Origin: Amphiscolops sp. MND2022
Lineage: Eukaryota
Assembly (NCBI GenBank): GCA_964187785.1
Contig: OZ076409.1
Location: 78,866,001 to 78,930,000, forward strand
Reading direction: 5' to 3'
DNA length: 64,000 bases
The notes beneath the pieces were generated by a model. That model was not told the DNA's origin and did no database searches. It worked only from the letters and a program-made list of their open reading frames with translations. Positions 11,501 through 26,500 of the stretch are shown piece after piece. The first letter of the stretch is position 1. Each line of letters begins with the position of its first letter. The position numbers were made by a program, and so were the translations under genes.

Positions 11501-14500
11501 AATAACTTGGATGATAGTAGAAATCAAAGCTAGTTTTGTTTTGGTCCAATTCTTTTTTTAACAAATTAAGGTTCAGTTTATTTCTTACACTATTGTATGG
11601 TACTATTAATTCATTTTATAGCGCACAGTGAGCGTATTCGCGGTAAAGCACCGTTGCGCATTGAGTGTGCGCCATGTGTGAAAAAAGTATTCCAGTAAGA
11701 CGCCCCAGGTGACGTTTCATAGGAACTCGGGTAAGAAACGCTAAATGTCCACAGCGTCGAACGTGCATAGCGTCGAAACTAAGAAACAGGTCCGTAGCGT
11801 CGAATTATTTTAAACGGCCACCTTATTGGCTGATTAAATATTCAGTTTTGGCATAGCATTGGCAACCAATTTTCAAAAAATAGCACACTATCATTTCTGC
11901 TTTATTCTTCCAATAATGATAGAATCATATCTAGAATACCAGTACACTCCTGTTTAATCATTATTTAGTGCACAACCAATCACTGTACCAGTTTATGCCG
12001 CCTTTAAATCTCCGACTAAAGCAAATATAACTACTAAGAGTAGACAAAGTTTCGCATTCGCATTTGAATGCAGGCGAGGCTCTCGGCAAACGAATAATTA
12101 ACACAGGTGATGAATTAACACACTCAATGAATTCGGTGTACGAATGAATAATTCACACTCGCTCGCTTCATCGCACGAGAATTGTCGTCGACAGCTTGAG
12201 AAATTTAAATCTTACGCTTAAACTCACTGCCGAACAAAAAAATCTGAATTTGGTTCTTTTCTGTTAAAGCCCCCCACCACCCATTTTTAAAAAAAAATTG
12301 TGAAAAAATTAAAACAAATACTTAGATCTAAATTAGAAACCTTTACTTTTATATTCATTCTCAGTATGAAAGTTTAGATTTCAGATACAAACTTTGTTCA
12401 CGCTATATTTAGTTGAAGTCACGCATTCTTGTTGAAAACTCAACAGCTTCCTGTTTTAAGTCACAAAAAACTTTAATAATTTTCAACATTTTTACAGTCA
12501 AAATGTGTGAAAAATGTTTTGTTCAAATGAAAACTGTTCCAATAGAAGTTAACTTCCTGGTATGGGAAAAACTTCACTTCGAATTCAACCAGTTTCATTT
12601 AAAAAAAAATCAATCAACAGAAAGAGCCCTGAATTTTTCAGTAGGCACTCGGATTACGAACAGGGTCGTCTGAAAAAAGTTGCACCTTTCAGATTTTTAT
12701 AGTATTCCTGCTATCGCAAATATGATACAAAAGACGACCACCGATAGAGCCTCTATTTAATCGCGTTAACCATAACGCAATGCTTTACGTGAAATTTGAC
12801 CATTTTCATTATTTACGCATTTTCTGGTTTTAACGCAAAATTGGGCAGAATCCTTAAAGGCCATAGAACGGAGACAAAAGAAGAAACGACTAGTTCAATT
12901 TCGTTCAATTGCAGTTTCACTTTTTACCAAGACAAAACTTTTATTTCCGTTTCAATTCAGTATTCAGTTTTTTAAAAAAACCCCTGCGGGGCACAGTATT
13001 ATTTCTGCTTTAGGCATTCATATTCAAAAATAGGCCCCTCCGGGGCTCAGTACTATTTCTGCTTTAATCTTTATTTTTTTTGTTTACTATTTATTCTTTA
13101 ACAAAAAAATCATTAATAAAAGAATCATATCTGGAATACCAATACACTCCTGTTTAATCATTACTTAGAGCACCATTAATCACTGTACAAGTTTACACCG
13201 CCTTTAATTCTTCTCGGACTAAAGAAAATATAACTACTAAGCGTAGACGAAGTTTCGCATTCGCATTTGAATGCAGGCGAAGCTCTCAACGAACGAATAA
13301 TTAACACTCATTCGCTTCATTTCAATAACTCGGGGCAACGAAAGCACAATTACGAACATTCGCTCGCTTCATCTCAATGACGTCAGCATACGAATGGATA
13401 ATTACCACTCGCTCGTTCCATCGCACTAGAATTGAATTGTCTTCGGCAGCTCTCTCGCTTACACTCACTGCCGAACAAAATATCTGAATTATTCAGATCG
13501 TCCGAAAAATTGTTCTGAAAAAAAGTAGACGTTTCCAGATTTCAATAATATTCCTGCTAAAGCAGAAATATTAATAATAGAAGCATATCTAGAACAACCG
13601 AATTTCCTGTTTTATCACTATATAGCGCACAATTAATCACTGTATCAGTTCACACCGCCTTTAATTCTTCTCGGTCTAAAGAAAATATAACTACTAAGCG
13701 TAGACGAATTTTCGCATTCGCATTTGAATGCAGGCGAAGCTTTCAATGAACGAATAATTAACACTCATTTGCTTCATCTCAATGACGTCAGCGTACGAAT
13801 GCATAATTACCACTCGCTCGTTCCATCGCACGAGTATTGATATGTCGTCGGCCGGCAGCTTTAGAAATTTAATTCTCATGCTTACAGTCAATGCCGAACA
13901 AATATCTGCATTTTTCAGTATCACAAGAATTTTACTGAAAAAAAGTTGGACATCTTGAGGTTTCAATAATATTCTGCTATCGCAGAAATAATAAGGAAAC
14001 ACATTTACGGCTTCTATAACATTTCAACTTACGTAGAAGTGTTTAAAAAGTAATTACTTAAGCGAGGCACTTGGTACCAACTTTTTCAGCGGAGAACTTG
14101 TATCTCAAGTGCAAGGTGGTGATGTCCCATTCAATGGCTAGAAAATAAAGCGTGTTTTGAGCAGCAGGTGCAGTGGTTGCAGAATTGACAGTGGAGGCCA
14201 CAGTTGAAACAGGAGGAAGCGTTTCACTGTTGATTGTAGTCGGAGGTGAGTTGGGTTTGGGTGGCAATTCGAAGGGATCATCATTGGGCTCAACAATGCA
14301 CCCTTTGCAGACTTTATTCCAGGGGCAGTTCCAGCATTTGAGGGAGTTGGATGAAGCTTGGTTGTAGGACGGACTTCCGAAGGTGTTAGTACTGCTATAT
14401 GCACTTGCAGGGTAAGCGACTCTGCGGAGAGAAAAAGGATGACATCCGCTGCCAAGGAGTTTCTCGTCGCTAAAAATAGAAGCATGTTTTAGATAAGGTA

Positions 14501-17500
14501 TTCAACTCAATTTGAACCACACCAGCAAGCAATGTTCAAGAAACAAACACCGGACGGTAACACACTTCGCGAAACTAATGTCAGAAAGCTTGTGGTACGG
14601 CGGAAAGAATGAACAGAGAACCAAGAACAAGGAGGATAAACAAGCCTAAAGCAGATGAAATACAAACCTCGTTTCGATGTAATAACTAATGAAGAAAATT
14701 CATTGATTGAACATCAATCTGATATTTCAATCGCAATAATCGGTGACAGCAATATCGCCAATTTCAAAACAAGTCAAAAAGAGTATTTGAAATACGTTCG
14801 AAATGAAAAATACCCTAACGCAACATGAAATACCATTTCAAATACAGAATAATCCGGATATATCGACAGCCTCAAGCGGGTCGAAATATTGACGTTATAA
14901 CCAAAGGATTGGATTTTAAACAGGACATTTCAATAGCGTCTCAGAGGACAAATCAACTTTCGAACTTGAGCCGGCAAAAAACCCTACTATTACTAAATGA
15001 TGCAACTATTTCGAAAAGCCATCTAGAGCACCGAAAGGACAATTGAAGGTGCTAACCAATCTTTGGCATGGTTACTGTACTGCTCCATCGGGGAAGCTGT
15101 GATGAGACGAGAGATTTGGTTCTCTACCACGTTATACACGTCAGCATTGGTGGTCCCGGAGGGTAAAGGCACCAACACAGGACACCCAAATATTGTGGCC
15201 TTGCTTCTATTCTCCCACAGAAAGTACACTGAGTTGGGAGTCTACAAACAAAAATATTTGTTTCTAGTATGTATGTAATCTTCACTTTCACAACATATCC
15301 CTTGAACATCAGATCATTTGCTGACAATTTTAGACAATTTCAAAGCGATAAAAACTAAAGACGAAAATCGACAAGACCCAAATCATTCTGAGCATAATTA
15401 TCATCCAGGAAAAACCTTGACTGAAAAAGCAGGAAATGTTATTCTTGTTTGAAAGCAGAAACTTCAATAACTTTCAATAAATTAAGTTCACACTGGAAAA
15501 ACGAAAACTTGCCGAAAGTTTTTCTTTGCCAATTTCAAACATTAGCGTATAAATTACAACAAGCCGTTAACGGCTCAAGTCGGCACCAAACAGAGTTAAG
15601 TGTTATAACTATGCAAAGGATCACTATTTTGAAATTTTTAATCAAACTTACAGTGCCAAAAAATACCTGAAAGGATACTCATAAGCTAGGGTCGGCGATT
15701 AGGGACCGCAGCACCGTAGACCGTGCCTTGGGACCGTGGACCGTAGACAGTACGTTGAGACCGTAAAACGCATTTCTGAGAAAAGGCAAGCCCACATTTC
15801 TCAGAAAAGGACACTTTACATGTAATTTCAGTTCTAATTCAAGCTTAACGTTAATTTTGTATATTTTTTTCATTCGTTACAATGCTTCACGAGTCTGCAC
15901 CACACTGCCTATATTCGCCGAAAAAAACTGCTATGTTGCAAACTTGTTTGATTTTGATAGAGGAATTGAATTTTGAATAATTTGAATAAACCAGAGCCGC
16001 ATATGCGGTAAAGGAGTCGGCTTGGGTCTTTTTCCTTCTGACTCGCTCCAATCCCAGTCATACTAATTTATTGAAATTGCACACATAGAACCATATTATG
16101 GTGTAGATGACTGTAGAAAATTTCGTTTGAATCGTATGGAGTTTTTGAGAAAATCGAAAGTCGAAAAATGACTCTTTTGGGTGTAGGATGACTGTGCAAA
16201 ATTTTATGAAAACCGTACGGACAGTTTTTGAGAAATTTAAAATTTTCATAGAAGGTCGGGAGAAAAAAAAACAAAAAAAACGACACGATTGCATGAGTAG
16301 TCGAAAATTTTTTCCGACTCCTAAAAATTGGTTCAGTGTGGGACAGACCCACTTACTTCTCAGCCGTCGCCACCAGGCTTGGTAATCCGCGTTAACAAAA
16401 TTTTAAAACTTTGAACCCTTAAAAAGAGACGACATTACAGGGTGACTGAAAAAAACTTGTCATTGTGAGAGCCGTGCACTTTTCTTCGAAAAGCGCCGAG
16501 TAAAATCAAGAAGCGTGATAAGAGAGGAGCTATGGCGTCACAAGAGAAATTTCAAAATTTTTTCTATTCACTGAATTTCATTCAAGCGAAATCTTTACTA
16601 TCTAAACGGACTATTCTGAGACGCCAAAAGAATGTTGAATACGGAGTAAGACTATTGGCATTGAGAAGCAGTGGTTGGGAGAATGAGTTTTCAAACTATT
16701 TTGAGTGAAAAAAGGAGACCGTAAACTCACAGGTTTTGAATGTATGGCGAAAATAAAAACTGGTTCCGCGGTGCTTTTCCAGGTTTCGGAAGCATATCCA
16801 CTGGAACTAGGTGTGAGAGGGACACCATTTATGTTATTCGGAATGAGGAGATTGGATTGCCCCGTCTCTTTAGGAACTGGGCCATTTTCTTGATTGACCA
16901 CCAGCAATTCATCCTCGTGAGCATGTCCGTTCATAACCGGTGACGTCATCGTCTGTGTAATAGGGCCAGCGTCGTCAGTGTGGATGTCATCGGGTAATGA
17001 CTCACTTCCAACTTTTGCAGCATTTTCAGTTTTAGCTTTAGGGGTGATTGAGTAGTGATTTGATGAGTTAGATTGCGGACTTTCAGGAACGCATACCTTG
17101 TCTTGATACCTTCAAAATAGACGTTAACGTTAACAAGAACATTTACATGAAAACTGAAGTTTAGTTTTAGCAAAAATTTTGACACCGGTAATTAGAAAAC
17201 TAGCTGCAGCGCGCTTATTTTTTCAGCGATTTCACTAGCGATTAACAAGACGGGAACGTCTAAAATCGGCGCTATATCTAAGGCTCAAAAAGCGCAAATT
17301 TTTTAAAACTGTAAAAGGGGGACCCTTCGGGCTTTTTGAAAATCAAGTTTGTTGCAGAATATCAAAAAAAATTGAAGCGGGACCTTTGGAGACTAAAAAA
17401 ATTTCAAAAATTTTTTAATTTCGAAAAAAAAACGAAAAATGAGAATTTTGAACAGTCTCATAGTGCCGAAATACTTGAAAGGGGAGACCCTTCGGGCTTT

Positions 17501-20500
17501 TTGGCACTTTAGTTTGCTGCAAAATATCAAAAAAACTTGAAGGTGGGACCCTTTGAAGGCAAAAATATTCGAAAAGTCGCACAGTGCCGAAAAAAATTGA
17601 AGGAGGGGATCCTTCAGTCTCGTCCCTTTCGCAAATGCTCGAAGAAGCTTTTGGCTAAAGAAAGGACTCGAAGCCGTGACCGCTGGGTTCACCGTAAACC
17701 GAGTAAAGTCTGTACTAAAAAGTGGTACATACGCGATGAGGTCTGTGGTCTGACGAAAAAAAAAGAAACAAGACGAGAACGTCTAAAGTCGGCGCTATAT
17801 CTAAGGCTCGAAAAGCGCAGAACATTTTTTTTGGGAAAAAACTTTTTTTCGAAGCTTTCGAAAATTTTTTTTCTTTCGGAAAATGTCGCAGTGCCGAAAA
17901 ATGTAAAAGGGGGGACCCTTTGGGCTTTATTAACATATATTCTGTTGCAAAATATCAAAAAACTTGAAAGGGGGACTCTTTTGAGACATTAAAAAACTTT
18001 CGAAAAGTCGCACAATGCCGAAAAAAATATCCAATGGGGGGCCTTTAGTCTCGTCCGGTTTTGTAGGTTACGTTAAAAAAGTAAAAAAAGAAACATTAAA
18101 AAAGTAAAAAATGAAAGGGGGAACCCTTTCCACTAATTTCCGCTGTCCGGACTTGGCCTTACGGCCTTAGTAGTTTTAGTAGTTTCTGTTGTAAGAAAAG
18201 TGGACCAATCAGAGTGAGATTGTAGTCTGACGAAAAAAAGAAAACGAGACGGGAACGTCCCAAGTAAGCGCCATATCTTAGGCTCAAAAATATTCAAGGA
18301 ACAAATATTGGAAATATTTGGAAAAAAAATTTTTTCAAAAAAAGTATTTTGTAAAAAAGTCGCACAATGCCTAAAAACTTAAAAAGAGGTCATTTAGGCT
18401 CATTAAACGTTTTCTACAAACCGAAAACTTCGAAAAAATGCAAGGGGGTACCCTTTGATAAAATTCAAAAATTTTCGAAAAAAGTCGCATAGTGCCGAAA
18501 AAAAACCCAAAGGGGGGACCCTTTGGTCTCATCTGTACTTTTGGAAGCATTAAAAAATTTATGGTTTAGTGCGAGAATCGAACCCACGCTCTCCGGCTTG
18601 GTCGAAGATGAACAAATATGAAAGATGAACAAATTGTAAGAAAAGTGGACCACTCAGAGTGAGATTGTCAACAGAAAAAAAACTACTCACTGTAAGAGTC
18701 GGACTTTTTTCCTTAAGGGAAAAGGCGCCGACTAAAAAAACTAGCCACTGTAATAGTCGGGCACTTTTTACTAGAAAAGCGCCGACTAAAAACTAGCCAC
18801 TGTAATAGTCGGGCTCTTTTCACTAGAAAAGGGCCGACTAAAAAAATAGCGATGTCAAAACCCTTGTTTTAGCTCAACTTGAATTAAAATACAGTCAATG
18901 AACTGAAATCTAACAACCAAATGGAAACCATAAAGGTTGCATAAAATTGTTGAACAGAAAAGATGTTCAGCTTTTTTGATTCAAACGACTCTTTCAACTA
19001 AAACGTATGTTTAAACCCATTTTACAACAGACTGATGTATAGTTTTTAGTTGGCGCTTCATGAAGTGAAACGCGACTATTATAGTGACTCCTTTTTTCAA
19101 TCCACACGAACTGACCAAAATAGTTCTTCAAAAGTTCTACGAAATATTATGGTGTCAAACTGAACCATTTCGCCTAGCGAACTGAACCAAAAAGGTTTTT
19201 CCGCGTAACTTACAGTACCGGGCGAGACTGAAGGGTCCCCCCTTTCAGTTTTTTTCGGAGACTTTTTTTCGAAAAACTTTCCTCAAAGGATCCCCCTCCA
19301 ATTTTTTTGATGCTTGTCGACATAAAGGATGTTGAAAAATCCTCATCCAATTTTTTTATGCTTGTCGACATAAAGGATGTTGAAAAAACTCAAATGGTCC
19401 CTTTTAGTTTTTTCGCCATTGTGAGACTTTTCCGAAAAATTCCCCAATTCAATTTTTTGATGTTTTGCAACAATGGATGTTACAAAACCCGAAAGGGTCT
19501 CCCTTTTAGCGCGCCAATTCGCTTGATACTTTGAGTCCTTTTGCTAATTTTGAGCCCTAGATATGGCGCCGACTTACGCCGTTCCCGGCTTGTTCTAACC
19601 TCTTTGGCATTTGAATTTCTAGTTACAATTTAAGTGAGTACCAACTTGGAATGGGACGAGCTGTCGTTGGCAAGTGGGCGAGAGTCGACGGTAGTGAGAC
19701 TATCGTTGGACACTGAAGGCGTTTCCATCAGGGGTGTTTGAGGAAGGGAGGTGCCACTCATTTGAGGGGAAGTGCACTGGAACGCGAGCAAAGAGTTGGG
19801 GATAGAGCAGTGGTTCTTTAATTTCACATTGTCTTCCAGAATGGCACCAGGCATACTTGGCATTACTTTGTTGTACTCCACGAAAACCAGCTCCGTGTTC
19901 TCCAGGTTACAAATGAGAGAGAAGTCTTTCTTCAAAGCACCGTAAGTCATAGTCCTTCTGGCTACGCGCATGGCGTATCTTAAACATAATATGTGATATC
20001 ATTACCAACACCTCAGGTGCATGTTTTCACTTGCACTAAAAATCCATGAAACTTTTGATTGAAGAAAAATAACGCCAACATCCAACTTGAATGGGATGGC
20101 CGAAGATCACAAAAATTCACAGCCAAAATAGTTGGTTTCATCGGAGCTAATAACACCGAGTAAATTCAGTCAACAAACGCTTTGTCATTGAAGACAAAAA
20201 ACTTGCTATTGTAAGAGTCGTGCACTTTTTCTAAAAAGCGCTGACTAGCAAGATGTCCGCGTCCATTAAATGTACACTTCATTTTAAAAAATAAATCGGA
20301 TATTTTGATGAAAAACAACTATCTTTGAAAGAAAACCGTTCAACTTTTTTTGGTGAGAATGAGCAATGACTAACCTCGTTGGAGGATTTCCATCCAACTT
20401 TTGCAGCAGAATATAGACAAGACTCATTTGATCAGAAGGGATAGAGAGAGATAAGACATTGAACACGTCGAACTTGGAAGTAGAGCGTGAACATTCAGCA

Positions 20501-23500
20501 CATGTCATTTTGGACTGCATTTGGCCGGAGAAGAGGTCGCAGATGATTGAATTGTTGTTCTTCAGGTGCGCCGTCCACTGTTCGTCGGCAACATCTCTGT
20601 CTTCGCGACCATCTGCCTCGCCTGAATCAGACTAAAGTGTCCACGGAAAATTAAACTCTTTACTTATTCAATCCCATTCAAAAAATGTCAAGTTTAACGG
20701 GATGTTTCACTTTCAGGTGCTAGAATCAAACGTCAAACCAGCCATTCGTTAGATTTGTACTTGAGACCTAATGCTTCGTGTGTATGTGTTTTGTACTTTT
20801 AGTGTTTCATTTAAAACTAGTATTAGTTAAATTAGTATTAGTAAAATTAGTATTTAACCTATCACATTCGAAATATCTAAATTGCACCATTGGAATAATG
20901 CTAACCTAGAGTTTGATAGGATTTGTTGTGAGTGACCCGGTTGAGGTCTTCGTGCAGCAAGTCAAGAATGGCCTCCAGCATTTCCTGGGCGTCGTGCTGA
21001 CTGGAGTTGTTGAATTGGGATCTGTGTTTGATTATTGCATCTCGGATGATAGAGGGTCTCACCACTGAATTGTTACTTGACCACAACTGTTGAACTAAAT
21101 GTCCGTAACACAGAGCAACCTGTCCTTTCGACCCGTCAACGTTCTTCCTGTTAATAGAAAAATCCAGTGTAACCAAATAAAAATGTTTGAGTGGAAAAAG
21201 CATATCATCAAGATGAAATTTGAGTTTTTAGTATCTATTTAAAACATGTGTTTCAGGAAGCAATTTTGAATAAGACATCCGACATCGCGTTTTCTTCTCA
21301 TTTTTTCATTCAGAGTACATTTAATTCGGAAGATGAATGTCCCTTTGACGAATGTCATCTTTCAGAAAAATATTTATTCAGAAAAACAATAGGTTTAATT
21401 GATAATTATTCATCTTATCTGCTCTAAGGCTGAATTCGGATTTCATTTCAAGATAATAAAGATGCTCAATCAAGAAAATCAACTGAATCGAAAACATCGT
21501 TGCCGCGATAATTGAACGTAAAATGGCATTAAACAGACTTTTTGTCTTCACCTGAATTTTTTTGGGACTACCTCCTGCCCGGGTTCATAAAGGCCATAGA
21601 ATGGAGACAAAAGAAACGACAAAGTTTAATTTCGTTGAATTGCAGTTTCACTTTTTACCAAGACAAAATTTTTATTTCCGTTTCGAATCAGAATTCAGTT
21701 TTCAAAAATAGGCCCCTGCGGGGCACATTATTATTTCTGCTTTTGGGCTTTCGTGTTCAATAATAGAAGCATATCTGGAATAACCAACACTCCTGTTTAA
21801 TCACTATATAGCGCACAATTAATCACTGTATCAGTTTACACTGCCTTTAATTCTTCTCGGGCTAAGAAAATATAACTACTAAGCTACTAAGCATATACGC
21901 AGTTTCGCATTCGGATTTGAATCCAGGCGAAGCTCTCAGCGAACGAATAATTAACACTCATTCGCTTCATCTCAATCAATTCGGTGTACGAATGCATAAT
22001 TCACACTCGCTCGCTTCATCGCACGAGAATTGAATTGTCGTCGGCAGCTTGAGAAATTTCAATCTCACGCTTATACTCACTGTCGAACAAAATATCTGAA
22101 TTTTTCAGTAGGTACTCGGATCACGAACAGAGTCGACTAAAAAAAGTTACATCTTTGAGTAAAAGACGACCACTGAACACCGGGATATATTGATGTCGAA
22201 GTAATGAATGACGGAAAAAGACGATACCTTATACTCCTTCAGAAAAATTATTCCTCGGTCGTAAAAAGGAATTCAAATTGATCAATGCTAAAAAGTTCTG
22301 TTTCATACTTTCACGAACTACGGTGTGACATCAAGGCAGTTCAGCTCACGAGAAACCATCCAAGCCAAGAGCGTTTGCAACGTATCACGAATGTTCACGC
22401 CAAAGAACTTTGTTGGCAACCAACAAAAAAATTGAAATAATCTTTGTTTCAACTTCAGCGTCGTTTCAATTTCAATTTATACCTCTAGAAATGAAAACGA
22501 AGATTTATTTCTTACAGCATCAATGAAAAAGCCGACATTGTGAATCATTAAGAATCAATGATTCGTGTAACTGTTACAACATTGGTCTTGGTTGTTAGAT
22601 ACTTCATTTTCGGAAGCGTTTTTGTTCATACTGTAAAATCACAGAACGCACACTCACTTCCCACAATTTCAATTTTCAATTTCTTTATGTCGAAACTTTC
22701 AGCAATGAAGTAATGTGTAACAAGCTAAGTAGAACTTACATGTTGATTTCGTAGAAGTGTTTGTTGTTTAAGAAGTAAGTGGTAAGGGCGTAAGTGTGAC
22801 TGAGACATTGCAAAGCAGAATTCATGAAACAAGTGTTGCCAATGTTGTGCAGACCGGCTTGGCCTGCTCGAGACTCTAGCTGGGCCCCGTTAGGGGATGA
22901 CGTGTTGCCTTCTTCGTTGTCGGTGCCACTGGAACTGTTGGTCTGGAGCAACACTTCGGGCCAACCCAGGTTGTGCCGCAGCTCGACCAGAAGCGAATCT
23001 CCACTCTGGATGCCAGCCTCGTAGAGCGTAGTAGACTCGTCCCGGAGCAGAATCAGACAATCCTGAAAGAACTGAGGTATACTTTTTTCAAGTTTGGTAT
23101 TCAGTCGTACCGGGGGCACACTTATGGCCAAGATAACCAAACCGAACAAAAAAATTTGAGCAAAAAATCAGCTAACTTATATAATGGAGAACTGCAATTT
23201 TTCGCACATGAAATTCTAACACACGCTTGTCGAAGTCAAATATGATGAAAACTTTGAATTATCAAAATGTAGATACTCAAGTCATCAATTTCATTGAATT
23301 ATTGCATTGCATGATCAATTGAAGAAGCATGAAGTTTTTCCCAAAAAAATTCATCTCGAATTGTCCTCGCACATTATAGCAGACTCACCCTCTAACGCAG
23401 TCCAATTTTAGTTAAGATATAAAGGTTTTTGCGTACCACACAAAAAAACGAGTTCAAATGACGAAGTACATTTAGGTCAGTGTGCATATTTTCTTGAACT

Positions 23501-26500
23501 TCAAAGCAAAAAATTATCGAAACAAGGAAAACAAAGAATGGGCGTTACACTGACCTCTGTTCTGAAATGCCACAATCTGATATCTTCACTGCGAATGTTC
23601 ATTTTGGACATGAACAAGTTTCTGACTTTGTCAATGGTTGAAGCTTGAGATAAGACTACAGTTTTAGATAGAACGCGTTTGAAAGACGGCGTGCTTCCGG
23701 GCTGAGGATTGAACAGATTGCCTGAATTCTGCGGCTGGGAGAACACATTGGTGACAGGAATGGGCAAGGAGTTGATGGTGGCTGATACCTATAATATGAA
23801 ACATTCACTAACAAAACTACTCTAAGAGAGCACCAGACGAATAGTGAAACGCAGAAAATCAGTGACGATTCCTAAAAGGGTTTTCCGTAGTCTTTAGAGC
23901 GAATAATCTATAGGTAGTAGTATCACAGAAAATTTGAAATATAGGAAATATATAGTACCACAAAATTTACCTTGCGAACCTAATTCTCTAGCATGAAGCA
24001 ATCAGACCTACACCAGGGTACCAAAAAGCTAAAGACACTCGATTTCGCGGACAAAAAGTTTCAAATCGCAATAATTTTCTACATATTCAATAAACAGTGA
24101 AGTCCAAAGAGCACAACGTTACCACATTTCGATCAAAATTACTGGGGTAATTTTTGTTTTGAAATCAAACAAAATTTACGAAAGTTATAACACTCAGACT
24201 ATTTGTGACTTTTGGCATTTTCTGAATTTTATCATGCATTGTCTCGAAAACCACTGTTGGTAACAACAATGCAAACGTCAAACGTTGTAACTTTGATTCA
24301 GATCTCCAACTACCTCCTCTTAACTCTTCGACCTACTCTAACCTTTTCTTACTCAATGATAAAAGGACCGCGCGTACTGAAACCGGGATTTGGTGTAGAG
24401 AGAAAATTTTGTGCCCTTATAACAAGGAGGACGTGTCAGTGAAAAGAGTTTGCGTGTCAGTACGCTGCAAGCTGCAGAGCATCCTTAGTGTCAATAACGG
24501 TCCTATAAAAATAATTTGGAAAGCATCGGTAAGTGGAGGGTAAATTATAAATTAGGACAATGTATCAAATTCTATCGATCGTCGGAAATTATTTGGTTTC
24601 ATGGGAAACATCCAAGGGATTGGCAGATTTATGACAGCCTTTTTCAGATCTCTAACTTATGACTATGAGACTTTTTCTGAAAATCTCAAGAACCTAAACC
24701 ACAAAAAGCACATTTTTCAGCTTTTCTTCCGTGAAAATAATGTTTCGGCGGAACTACAACTGTTTTTAGCTGTTCATTTTTCAAGAAAGCGTTTTACGAA
24801 AAGTGTTTAAAGAAGAAAGTTGAAGAACGGTGTTAAGGCTACAAAAATGAACAAGGGAGGTTTTACTTCCGATCAGTCATTTTAAAAATGACTCATTTTT
24901 GTGATATTGCGTAATGAAGTTCGAAAAATAGAAAAACTCCTTAAAATACGCGAAATAACTTTCTGATGTCATATAAATTCGACAAAACCGTTGTAATACT
25001 GATCAAAACGAAACTTTTGCTCTAGAAACTTTTTGTCTAACGAATAAATTAAAAGATATTGCGCTTTGAAAATTTTCTTTAGCCAAATCGAGTGGCTTTA
25101 GCTTTTTGGTACCCTAGTGTATTTCAAGTTTTCCTTCCTACCGAAAGCATGCTTGAGAGAAAAACATGCTCAACATTACTTGGAGACAAGAAGTCCCAAA
25201 ACAGTTTGAAAGTCTTGAATGGTAATCATTTACATCAACGAGATGTTTGTTTGTTACATGATTAATTCTCTTTTTGGATACGATACCCTATAAAAGGGAA
25301 GTTTTATACGATCCTTTAATAGGATTGCCTACCTAGAGAAACCTCATAATAGAAATCTATATTTAACGGGTCATCTCTGCAAAAAAAAACATTTTGGATA
25401 ATTTTACCCGGCCAGTGGACATAACTTCTATGTATATTTCGAACAAAAAAAATCATTCGACGTGTCAGAGTATTGCTCTAAAGCGAGACTGTTCATTCGA
25501 ATGTCAATCACCCAAAAATCTATATATGAAAAAAAATCAAGATTCCAATTTTGAAATTTAATCAAAGTCTACAAACTATTTTTACGGGAGGGGCGGACAG
25601 TTATAGTGTTGATCAGGGTGTTGAAATCTACATTCGGCAGCCAGATTTTTAGAGATCATTGTTACAGTCTCGCAAGTTTGACTTGCTTCACAAACCAAAG
25701 ATTCCTTTACATTGATTACACAAACAATAAAGCTATACTTGTTGAGAGATGAGACTGTGGATGCTGGGCGACTTGGGTGCGTGTTGATATATGTTGAGAA
25801 GCAGGGGATGTGTCTCTATTTTGACACCCTTCTGGCGAGACGGGTCTCTTATTGCAACCCTCTGGATGGCGGGCCCGCTGCTGCCATACCACGTGATGAG
25901 GCACTTCCACACGGCGGCCGGAACACACTCTATCTTTCCCTCAGACTCGCTTCGAAGGATCTCTTCAGAGGTCAATTGAGGAGCCTGTGACATGATAAGA
26001 AAGATGCTATCACAGAATTTTGATATCGCTAAACCGCTAATTTCAAAATCGCTATTTCGTTGAAACACTTTTTATTCTAACTATTAAATGTTTGAACTCA
26101 AGAATGTTCTAAAATTATTTAATTTATAATTCGTTTTTGAAAAAAACGAGAATTTTTCATACTGTGTGGGTTTTACAAATGTAAAAGTTGAATTTTTGAG
26201 GAAATTTTGAACTTAAACAGTATATTGATTGGTGCTAATTTGACTCGCTAAAAATTGCTGAAAAAATTCTGCGCGGCCGCTAATTAGCGGTGTCAAAACC
26301 TGTGCTATCCACAAACGAATCACGATAAATCCAACAAAACATGTCAATGAGATCGAAATCATGTCCATTCCATGGAAATTCACACTTCATTTGTGATCTA
26401 TTCACTTAAATGCTACTGCAAAAATGAACGAAAAGCGGTTTAATTTTGGAGAAGCTATAAATTAAATGAGAATTTTGAGCGAAAAATCCCAATTTTCAAG

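Noticed and set aside
14420..14430. CCGCAG as the acceptor for USP32 exon 19, giving an in-frame TGA (possible selenocysteine or readthrough)
   Set aside because: The upstream acceptor at 14470 yields Cys and restores the conserved DC...PFSLR alignment without a stop.
17393..18653. ORFs of 60-150 aa on both strands
   Set aside because: They lie wholly within non-coding family 2 repeats.
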